DNA from: Ignavibacteriota bacterium
GTDB lineage: Bacteria; Bacteroidota; Ignavibacteria; UBA10030
NCBI GenBank assembly: GCA_022616555.1
Contig: JAKEEG010000066.1
Location: forward strand, 1,702-65,701
DNA length: 64,000 nucleotides
Reading direction: 5' to 3'
Part shown: piece by piece, positions 56,579 through 64,000 of the stretch
How positions within the stretch are numbered: the first letter of the stretch is position 1
Layout of the letters: each line of letters starts with the position of its first letter
Program-made: the position numbers and the translations under genes
The notes under the pieces: model-generated
Databases searched by the model: none
What the model saw: only the letters and a program-made list of their open reading frames with translations
What the model was told of the DNA's origin: nothing

Positions 56579-56662
56579 CACTAATACGGATGCTACTTCC
56601 TTTGTTCGCAAACCAATATTTCGCTATCTTGTTTTGGTTGAGTGTAAGAACACCGCAACGAA

Positions 56663-57907
56663 TTGCCCATGTCCCCTGACTTGAGACCATCGATTGTTGT
56701 CCTCGGCACCGGATTTGCCGCCTTCAGCTTTGTGAAAAAGATTGATGTGAAGCTGTTCGATGTTACCATTGTCAGTCCGCGCAATCATTTTTTGTTCACT
56801 CCGTTGTTGCCTAGCACAACCGTTGGGACTGTTGAGTTCCGCAGTATCATTGAGCCCATACGCGTCGCGCGTTCTGAAGTTCGGTATATCCAAGCATACA
56901 GCCGTTCAGCGGACCTTCAGCGCAAGGCCATTGTGTGTGAAGGGACCGCGGATGCGCAGCAGTTCAAGCTCTCGTACGAGTATTTGGTCATAGCCGTCGG
57001 TTCGAAGAGCAACACGTACGGCATTCCGGGCGTCGAGCAGCATACGTTGCCTTTGAAAGAGCTTGCCGATGCGAGGGCAATTCGTCAGCGGATCATTGAG
57101 TGTTTTGAAAATGCGGCAAGCCCGTCAGTCTCAGACGATGAACGCCGCCGCCTGCTGCATTTTGTCGTTGTAGGCGGGGGGCCGACCGGTGTAGAGTTTG
57201 CCGCGGAGATGAATGATTTTCTTGTTGATGACCTGCGCAAAGTCTATCCGGGTTTGCTGGCGTTTGTGCAGATTACCGTGCTCGAGGGCGCGCATCAACT
57301 CCTGGGGACGTTTGACGAGACACTACAGGACTACACGAGGCGCATGTTTCTCCGCCAGCGAATTGATGTGCGCACCGATTCGCTGGTTGTTCGGGTTGAA
57401 AAAGAAAAGATTATTCTTCAGGATGGGTCGGCTGTTCCTTTCGGTCTTGCCGTCTGGACGACCGGTATTGGCCCGCGCGAGTTCGTGCAGCAACTTACGA
57501 TAGCGAAAGACCGTATAGGAAGAATCATCACGAACGAAATGTTTCAGGCGAAAGATTCTTACGATGTGTACGCGCTCGGGGACTGCGGGACCGTTGAAGG
57601 GAAAAATTATCCTGCCACGGCACAGGTTGCCCAACAGGAGGGTGCGTACCTTGCGAAGGCATTGAAGCAGCGAGTCCTTGGGAAAAGCGTTCAGCCCTTC
57701 CGTTACAAACATTACGGTATGCTTGCCTATATCGGCGGCGAGCGGGCGCTTGCAGATTTGGAATCCTTCAAGGGCAAGGGGTTCTCGACGTGGTTGTTCT
57801 GGCGGTCTGCGTATCTCACGAGGCTGGTGAGCGTGAAAAATAAAGTTCTAGTGCTGTTCGATTGGTTTAAGACGTTCGTGTTTGGGCGGGATATCAGCCG
57901 GTTTTGA
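56663..57907 (+). CDS. ndh: type II NADH:quinone oxidoreductase (NDH-2)
   Basis: 414 aa with two Rossmann GxGxxG motifs (VVLGTGFAA and VVVGGGPTGVEFA) and an NDH-2 C-terminal membrane-anchoring region. Confidence 0.85.
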   Translation: MPMSPDLRPSIVVLGTGFAAFSFVKKIDVKLFDVTIVSPRNHFLFTPLLPSTTVGTVEFRSIIEPIRVARSEVRYIQAYSRSADLQRKAIVCEGTADAQQFKLSYEYLVIAVGSKSNTYGIPGVEQHTLPLKELADARAIRQRIIECFENAASPSVSDDERRRLLHFVVVGGGPTGVEFAAEMNDFLVDDLRKVYPGLLAFVQITVLEGAHQLLGTFDETLQDYTRRMFLRQRIDVRTDSLVVRVEKEKIILQDGSAVPFGLAVWTTGIGPREFVQQLTIAKDRIGRIITNEMFQAKDSYDVYALGDCGTVEGKNYPATAQVAQQEGAYLAKALKQRVLGKSVQPFRYKHYGMLAYIGGERALADLESFKGKGFSTWLFWRSAYLTRLVSVKNKVLVLFDWFKTFVFGRDISRF

Positions 57908-58009
57908 GAATATCTCGTAGAGTGTTCGTTGACATTACGCTAAAAAGGTTGTATTATTTGTCGTCTTGCTGCTCCCGTTTACCGATTATACCCCGGAGGA
58001 ACTTCGTTC

Positions 58010-58348
58010 ATGACGATTAAAGAAAAAATGTACGGCGATATTGCGGTTTTGTCGTTGAAAGGAAATTTAATGGGCGAACCCGATACGACGGACGTCCGCG
58101 ATAAAATCTACAGCTTGTTGCAAGACGGCATCAAAAATATTGTGCTCGATTTAGGCAAGGTGAGGTGGATGAACAGCTCCGGCTTGGGAACGCTCATCGC
58201 CGCAATGACGTCCGTCAAGAACAAAGGCGGAGAGTTAAAGCTTGCGAGCGTCTCGGATAAGGTCGAGAGCCTGTTTATGATTACGCAACTGATTAAGGTG
58301 TTCAAAACGTACGAGAACGTTGACCGCGCGGTTTCAAGCTATAAATGA
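58010..58348 (+). CDS. STAS domain protein (anti-sigma factor antagonist, SpoIIAA-like)
   Basis: 112 aa with a conserved Ser motif (MNSSGLGTLI). Confidence 0.75.
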   Translation: MTIKEKMYGDIAVLSLKGNLMGEPDTTDVRDKIYSLLQDGIKNIVLDLGKVRWMNSSGLGTLIAAMTSVKNKGGELKLASVSDKVESLFMITQLIKVFKTYENVDRAVSSYK

Positions 58349-58488
58349 CCGGTGGGGAACGACTGTGGCGAAAAATCCCGATAGATTGAGAGAGCATCGG
58401 GATTTTGTGCTTCTTGCCTTGAAATGCCCGCTAGGAAAATACTGCGGAGCCCATCACAAATTTCAATTCAACAAGAGGGAGAACATCC

Positions 58489-59283
58489 GTGACTGCATTA
58501 TCTCTGCGAAAATTCATCATTGTTTCTGTACTCGCTGCTTGGGCGGTCAGCGCGTTCGCTCAGGAAGCAATGCTGGCGTACAAATACGCGGCAGGCCAGA
58601 AATTACGCTATAAAGTGACATCCACAACCCTGCGAGAAGGAAGTATGTTCCCGGGCGGCCGGGTGGAACATGTGATTCACCTGTACTACACGTTTAGCGT
58701 TACCGCTGTCGATAAGGAAGGCACCGCGACGGTGACTTTTATACAAGATTCAATTTCGTACAGTGAGAACTCTCAGGTAATACCGTACGACGCCGCCGAA
58801 CAGTTAAACACTAAACCGATTACGATGTGGTTTTCGAACCTGGGCATGCTCGTGGATGCAAACTTTCCTGACGATTTAAGCAAGGAAGCCGCGGCATATC
58901 TTGACGGTTTAATCAATGATTTCAATTCCGAGCCGCCGCTGCCGGGACGAGCAAGAGGAGTTGGGGCAGAGTGGAAGAATGACTTGTTGGTGTATTTCAT
59001 ATTACCTGAGGGGTCGGTAAGAGCTTCAAACGCCGCGAACTCCCAGTATGTTCGGAAAGAACAGTTCCGTGGAAGGGAATGCGCTCGCATCGAATACGCC
59101 GGCAAACTGTTGATGGGGTCGCAAAGAATCGGGCTGGTGAGCGGAACGATTCATCATTCGTTGAACGATGGAAAAATTCTTCGTGTCAGCTCAAAGACTG
59201 ATGCGACGCTCTACGTCACCATGTCCGGAGGGCGGGCACAGATGAGAATTTCAAACACTCAAACGCGCGAAGCGCTGAATTAA
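58489..59283 (+). CDS. hypothetical secreted protein
   Basis: 264 aa with a GTG start and a signal peptide (IIVSVLAAWAVSAFAQE). Its stop abuts the start of the next gene. Confidence 0.45.
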   Translation: MTALSLRKFIIVSVLAAWAVSAFAQEAMLAYKYAAGQKLRYKVTSTTLREGSMFPGGRVEHVIHLYYTFSVTAVDKEGTATVTFIQDSISYSENSQVIPYDAAEQLNTKPITMWFSNLGMLVDANFPDDLSKEAAAYLDGLINDFNSEPPLPGRARGVGAEWKNDLLVYFILPEGSVRASNAANSQYVRKEQFRGRECARIEYAGKLLMGSQRIGLVSGTIHHSLNDGKILRVSSKTDATLYVTMSGGRAQMRISNTQTREALN

Positions 59284-60753
59284 ATGAGCACGCCTGTATC
59301 TGGATATTATAGCTGTATGATGTCGCTGGTTTTCTTTGTTGCTGTTCCTTTGTTTTCCCAGCAAGCGGTTGTCGAGCAAGCTTCCCGGCTTGAAGAGCAG
59401 GGCAAGTTTACCGACGCGGCGAATCTCTTGTCCGAGGCGCTGGGTGGTGCGGGTGTTGATTCAGAGCTCCGCAAGGCTCTTGAGTTTGAGCGTGACCGTT
59501 TGAGCCGTATTCGCGCCGACTATCCACTCTCGGAAGAACGATTGTTTGAAATACTGACAAAATCGGTTAAAGATCTCACACTGGATGAGTTTGAGCAGTG
59601 GGTTGCGGAGGGCCGTTTTGATGCGCGTGAAATCGATGGTTCGACGTACTACATGGGTTCCAGCCGCAGCAATTTGTTTTTTCGGCATCCCGAGTTGGCA
59701 AGCCGCAGAATCAACGCGCCGGATTGGACGGAGTTCGAGCAGAACACTTTGCTGACCGTCAGGTCGATCAAAAAGGCCGCACAGGAACAACAGACGACGT
59801 ACGTATTGCCGAAACGATTTTCAGCAACCATGACTGTTACCGCCAAAGCGGGGACGGTTCCTGCGGGAGAAATTGTGAAAGCGTGGCTGCCAATTCCCCG
59901 TTCGTTTCCTCACCAACGCGAGTTTGAAGTAATCTTCTCATCGCCGGTTGCGAAAGAAGTTGCAAATGAAGAATCGCCGATTCGCACGGCATACTTCGAA
60001 CAGCTTGCACAGCGAGATAAGCCGACAGTTTTTTCAATCGAGTATGGATACTCCGGGTATGGTGTGTGGTTTGACATGAAGCCCGAGGATGTGCAATTGT
60101 ATGAAAAGAGTGATCCCGCGGTCGTTGAGTTTACAAAAGAAAGCCATCACGTAGTTTTTACAGAGAAGATTAAAAATCTCTCCGCAAAATTAGCCGGGGG
60201 AGAGGCCAATCCTGCGGTTAAAGCGAGAATATTCTATAACTGGATTACCGAGAATATAAAGTATAGCTATGCGCTGGAATACTCGACGATTCGCAACATC
60301 AGCGACTACTGCTTGACGAAAGGGTACGGAGATTGCGGACAGGCGGCGCTTCTCTTTATTACCCTGTGCCGGTATAACGGCATTCCTGCCCGTTGGCAAT
60401 CGGGCTGGCTTACTATGCCGGGCGGCAAGACTATCCACGATTGGACCGAAGTCTATATCCAGCCTTATGGATGGGTTCCGGTCGACCCGTACATGGGCGT
60501 GTTTGCGATGCAGTACTTTAGTGCGCCGGTAGAAACGCGAAAAGAGATACGTGACTTTTATTTCGGCGGGCTTGACCAATACAGGATGGCGGCAAACAGC
60601 GACCACAATCAAGAACTCGTGCCGCCCAAGCAATCCATGCGGTCTGATAACGTGGATTTCCAGCGCGGGGAGTTGGAGTTCGGGACAACGAACATCTATT
60701 TTGATAAATATTCATATCGACTGGAAGTGAAAGAGCGGAAGAAAACGCCGTAG
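59284..60753 (+). CDS. transglutaminase-like domain protein (putative Cys protease) with signal peptide
   Basis: 489 aa with a transglutaminase core (GYGDCGQAALLFITLCRYNGIPARW...HDWTEVY...WVPVDP, a Cys-His-Asp triad). Confidence 0.7.
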   Translation: MSTPVSGYYSCMMSLVFFVAVPLFSQQAVVEQASRLEEQGKFTDAANLLSEALGGAGVDSELRKALEFERDRLSRIRADYPLSEERLFEILTKSVKDLTLDEFEQWVAEGRFDAREIDGSTYYMGSSRSNLFFRHPELASRRINAPDWTEFEQNTLLTVRSIKKAAQEQQTTYVLPKRFSATMTVTAKAGTVPAGEIVKAWLPIPRSFPHQREFEVIFSSPVAKEVANEESPIRTAYFEQLAQRDKPTVFSIEYGYSGYGVWFDMKPEDVQLYEKSDPAVVEFTKESHHVVFTEKIKNLSAKLAGGEANPAVKARIFYNWITENIKYSYALEYSTIRNISDYCLTKGYGDCGQAALLFITLCRYNGIPARWQSGWLTMPGGKTIHDWTEVYIQPYGWVPVDPYMGVFAMQYFSAPVETRKEIRDFYFGGLDQYRMAANSDHNQELVPPKQSMRSDNVDFQRGELEFGTTNIYFDKYSYRLEVKERKKTP

Positions 60754-60786
60754 CGTTGATTCTCTGGACTTCAATCCATAGCTTAT

Positions 60787-60814
60787 GCCCGCACGCTCGT
60801 AGGCGGGCTTTTTT
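60787..60814 (+). terminator. rho-independent terminator (GCCCGC-acgctcgtag-GCGGGC-TTTTTT)
   Basis: A 6-bp GC stem with a T6 run immediately after the transglutaminase-like gene. Confidence 0.7.
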
Positions 60815-60822
60815 ATTACTAC

Positions 60823-63800
60823 ATGCCGGAACTTAACAACATACCTGCTCTACCCGACTTTTTGCTCGTGCCCGCTTCTGCGGGGGCAGGGAAAACGTAC
60901 GCCTTGACGCAAAGATACCTACGGTTGATCATGACCGAAGGGCTGTCGCACAACAACCTGCGGAACATTCTGGCCGTGACCTTCACGAAAAATGCGGCGA
61001 AGGAGATGAAGGAGCGGATCCTTGAAACTCTCAAACGCGCCGCACTCGGCGAGCGTAAAGCAGTGGAAGAACTCCAGCGCATAGTCATAGCGGAAGAAGA
61101 TGAGGTACAAAGCGTCGCTGCGATGTATGTTGACAAGATTCTGGACGAGTACTCTGATTTTCAAGTACAGACGATTGACAGCTTTATCACGCGCGTGTTG
61201 AGGGCGTCCGCGTGGGAATTGGGGCTGCCGCCGCAGTTTGACGTTGAGTTCAACGCAGACGCATTGCTCGCCGAGGCGTTGGAGTTATTCGTCCGCGAGC
61301 TTGCAGCCGACCCCGGCAAGCAGGCTCTTCTCGAAGAACTTGTCGACCTCCTCACGGAACAGCGCTCTGGCGATTCCCGATATCTCTGGAACCCGCTTAC
61401 TATCCTCACCAAAGAACTACGCACCTTGTACCGACAGTTGAGCGTGCAGAGAGGCGAGCCACGCATTGAGGAGCCCGGGACACAACTTCGTGACAAGGCG
61501 AACGAGATTCTCTCGCGGTTGAAGATAATCGGGGAATTAACAAAACGACCCGGCTTGAAAGTCTCGAGCAACTACGCGAAGATTCTCGAGCTTGCCCGCG
61601 CCGGTAAGTTCGAAGATGTGTTGGGCAGAAAGCTCAGTCAGCCGGTTTACAATAAGCCAAAAGGCGAATACGATGAAAAGGCTGCGGCGCGTATCGGGGA
61701 AATTCAGAATGAAATCGTTGAATTTGCGGGAGAGTATTTTGCGTTCAGGTCGCGTACGCAGCAGGCGCCATACTTGCGGGCATATCGAATGATCAGACAT
61801 GCGGTTGAGCAGGCGAAACGCCGCCGCGAAGCGGTGTATCTCGGAGAAGCAAACCGCGCTCTTGCGCATATGCTTGATGCCAGCATCGTGCCGGAGATTT
61901 ATTTTTCTCTGGGCGAGCAGATTCATCATTTCTTAATCGACGAGTTTCAAGACACCTCCCCGATCCAATGGGCAGTACTGCGGCCCCTTATCGAGCATTC
62001 GCTGGGCGGACGCGGAAGCCTGTTCATTGTGGGCGATACGAAGCAGTCGATTTACACCTTCCGCGGCGCGGATTGGCGCATCATGCGCAACATGATGGAA
62101 GAGGAGGAATTTCCCTCCGTAAGCACGCGACGCGAAGAGCTTACGACAAACTGGCGTAGCACTGAGACGCTTGTTGAGTTTACCAAAGACGTGTTTCGCA
62201 CACGCGTACCGGCGCAACTTCCGGGAGACATCAGCGATTTGAGCGGGCTTGCATCGTACAAGCAGGAAGTACAAGATGAATCGAAAGGGAGGGGGTATGT
62301 TGAGGTACATGTAATAGAGGCGCCCGTAACCGACGAAGAAAAAGACCTGCGGCGAGAACATCCCCCGGGACGAGAACATGTTCTCCGAATACTCAACGAC
62401 TGTCGCGCCAGAGGCTACGGATACGGCGACATCGCCATCCTCACTCCACGGAATACAGATGTGGTAGAAGTCAGCCGCTGGTTGAATGCGGAAGGAATTA
62501 AATTCCTTTCGCATTCGAGTCTCGACATCCGTACGCGCAAGACGACGGGCGAGCTTCTTGCATTGCTGCGCTTTTTGGATTCGCCGGTCGATAACCAAGC
62601 GTTTGCAACGTTTTTACTGGGGAACATTTTTGGGAACGCGGTACGGCGAGATGGAAAGGCGCAGGATTTCCATGCATTCATTCGGACCGCCCAAACCCGC
62701 GGTGAACGAGAAGTATCGCTCTACAGCGCCTTCCGGGAGCAGTACCCAGAGTTGTGGGAAAAGTATTTCGAGCGGCTGTTCGCTTTGGTTGGGTATCTGC
62801 CGTTATACGACCTCATTGCCGAGGCGTACCGCGCGTTAGATGTATTTGTCGTTGCGGTAAAAGAAGAAGCAACATTGGTAAAGTTGCTGGAAGTTGTGAA
62901 GCAGTTCGAGGACAACGGAAACAACAGCTTGAAAGATTTTCTCCTGTACGCCGAAGATGAGGAGCAAGAGAGCTCAGAGGGCTGGGAAATCGAAACCGCG
63001 GAGAGCGAAGACGCGGTGCGCGTGATGACGGTGCACAAAGCGAAGGGGTTGGGGTTCCCTGTTTTGATTACGCTGTTCTATGACCGCGCGCTGAGAGTGC
63101 AAAACAGGTTCATCGTAGGAGAGGGCGAACATGTGCGAGTACTTCATGTTACGAAAGATTGGGCGAAACAAAGTGCTGAGGTGGATGAATTCTACAAGCA
63201 GGCAGAAGAGCAAGCTCAGGTAGACGACCTCAATAAGCTCTATGTTGCACTCACTCGTGCGCGTGAGGAGATGTACGTATTATGTGTAAAACAAAAGCGG
63301 GGAAATCAACCCTCGGCTTTCCTTCCACCAGACGGTTTCACACAAGGCAGCCTCTCTCGCAAGCAACGCAGTCCCGCTAAGAGCGAGAATATGTCGGCAA
63401 CGCTGTACTTGCACACGCGCGGGCTTTCGCGGGCAACGACACTTGACCCGATTAAACTTCGTGAAACCCGCCGCGGGGAGTTTATTCACAACGTGCTTTC
63501 AGAAATTCGTTATATCGAAGCAAGCCTCGAAAAGACGATTGACTCTGCGCTTGACAAACGGAAGAAGGAACTTCGCGGTGAATTGCATACAAACGACGTC
63601 GCGAGAGTGATTCGCGATTTTTTGGCAATGCCCGCAATTGGGCAGTACTTCGCTCCTCGCGAGGGCAGGGTCGTACTGAACGAACAGGATGTGGTTGATC
63701 GAGCAGGAGCATTGCATCGCATTGACAGGCTGGTCGTCGATGTCGATATGGCGACTGTTCTCGATTACAAAACCGGCGACGAGAAAGCGGAATATGACGA

Positions 63801-63906
63801 GCAAGTGCGCGAGTATATGGAAATCATCAGGTCAATGTATCCGGGAAAAACGGTGCGGGGATTTTTGCTTTATGTAGACCGGAAAACCGTTCGGGAGGTT
63901 GTATGA
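60823..63906 (+). CDS. UvrD-like helicase with C-terminal PD-(D/E)XK nuclease domain (AddA/RecB-like helicase-nuclease)
   Basis: 1027 aa with a Walker A (ASAGAGKTYAL), the helicase motifs FTKNAAKEM, DEFQDTSP, VGDTKQSIYTFRGA and a C-terminal nuclease region. Confidence 0.8.
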   Translation: MPELNNIPALPDFLLVPASAGAGKTYALTQRYLRLIMTEGLSHNNLRNILAVTFTKNAAKEMKERILETLKRAALGERKAVEELQRIVIAEEDEVQSVAAMYVDKILDEYSDFQVQTIDSFITRVLRASAWELGLPPQFDVEFNADALLAEALELFVRELAADPGKQALLEELVDLLTEQRSGDSRYLWNPLTILTKELRTLYRQLSVQRGEPRIEEPGTQLRDKANEILSRLKIIGELTKRPGLKVSSNYAKILELARAGKFEDVLGRKLSQPVYNKPKGEYDEKAAARIGEIQNEIVEFAGEYFAFRSRTQQAPYLRAYRMIRHAVEQAKRRREAVYLGEANRALAHMLDASIVPEIYFSLGEQIHHFLIDEFQDTSPIQWAVLRPLIEHSLGGRGSLFIVGDTKQSIYTFRGADWRIMRNMMEEEEFPSVSTRREELTTNWRSTETLVEFTKDVFRTRVPAQLPGDISDLSGLASYKQEVQDESKGRGYVEVHVIEAPVTDEEKDLRREHPPGREHVLRILNDCRARGYGYGDIAILTPRNTDVVEVSRWLNAEGIKFLSHSSLDIRTRKTTGELLALLRFLDSPVDNQAFATFLLGNIFGNAVRRDGKAQDFHAFIRTAQTRGEREVSLYSAFREQYPELWEKYFERLFALVGYLPLYDLIAEAYRALDVFVVAVKEEATLVKLLEVVKQFEDNGNNSLKDFLLYAEDEEQESSEGWEIETAESEDAVRVMTVHKAKGLGFPVLITLFYDRALRVQNRFIVGEGEHVRVLHVTKDWAKQSAEVDEFYKQAEEQAQVDDLNKLYVALTRAREEMYVLCVKQKRGNQPSAFLPPDGFTQGSLSRKQRSPAKSENMSATLYLHTRGLSRATTLDPIKLRETRRGEFIHNVLSEIRYIEASLEKTIDSALDKRKKELRGELHTNDVARVIRDFLAMPAIGQYFAPREGRVVLNEQDVVDRAGALHRIDRLVVDVDMATVLDYKTGDEKAEYDEQVREYMEIIRSMYPGKTVRGFLLYVDRKTVREVV

Positions 63907-64000
63907 AAGAATTCGGCGTCCTCTCGCCAGGGCAAGACCTGATTGCGGAAATCATTAACCGTCTTCCCGCAGGAGAACAGAATTTTTCAAATGACCTGAT
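63903..64000 (+). CDS. partial ORF (5' end only), possible partner nuclease subunit
   Basis: The ATG overlaps the upstream stop (ATGA) and reads MKEFGVLSPGQDLIAEIINRLPAGEQNFSNDL. It is truncated by the window end. Confidence 0.3.
   Translation, partial: MKEFGVLSPGQDLIAEIINRLPAGEQNFSNDL

Noticed and set aside
1-64000. CRISPR arrays, transposases, integrases, tRNA or rRNA genes
   Set aside because: I found no regularly spaced direct repeats with unique spacers, no IS, transposase or integrase-like ORFs, and no tRNA cloverleaf or rRNA signatures while reading the intergenic regions.

Overview
This is a high-GC (roughly 55-60%), gene-dense bacterial chromosomal window. T9SS-type C-terminal sorting domains on two secreted proteins point to an FCB-group organism (Bacteroidota/Ignavibacteriota-like). 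Most of it is recognisable housekeeping. A complete histidine operon in E. coli order (hisG-D-C-B-H-A-F-IE) lies on the minus strand at 7820-15099, with a TrpR-like YerC/YecD regulator immediately upstream. Other recognisable genes are nadC-nadA, threonine dehydratase, etfB/etfA, anmK, an orphan AmmeMemoRadiSam radical-SAM enzyme, trpF, a two-domain SppA, NFACT/RqcH, the yicC-gmk-rpoZ-coaBC cluster, a family-4 uracil-DNA glycosylase, creD, dnaB, NDH-2, a macro-domain deacetylase, CDGSH, TrmH, and an AddA-like helicase-nuclease at the 3' end. I found no rRNA, tRNA, CRISPR array, transposase or integrase. I did not identify a single undescribed multi-gene system with confidence. The unexplained signal sits mainly in the non-coding DNA. 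(1) Two near-identical 20-22 bp palindromes (TACTTTAC-N4-GTAAAGTA) bracket the TrpR-like gene and the hisG start, consistent with a TrpR-family histidine repressor (HisR-like). (2) A roughly 85-bp two-stem element occurs three times, with compensatory base changes that preserve both stems. (3) A 1-kb convergent intergenic region (20646-21654) has a promoter-like motif and GC-rich hairpins and is a candidate sRNA locus. (4) A roughly 250-bp highly structured repeat is present in two direct copies flanking the creD-like gene. (5) An abundant REP family (CCCCCTC-N3-6-GAGGGGGAYACAGGGGGAGG) clusters on both sides of a T9SS-secreted 5'-nucleotidase and apparently extends into its 5' coding region. 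(6) A low-GC four-helix-bundle (23S-IVS-type) gene is inserted between two FtsX permease genes. (7) A same-strand cluster of six small envelope proteins (TM2, lipoprotein, secreted, RDD, DUF4190, OMP) has an AT-rich core suggesting horizontal acquisition. All calls rest on reading the supplied ORF translations and the DNA directly; no database searches were run.
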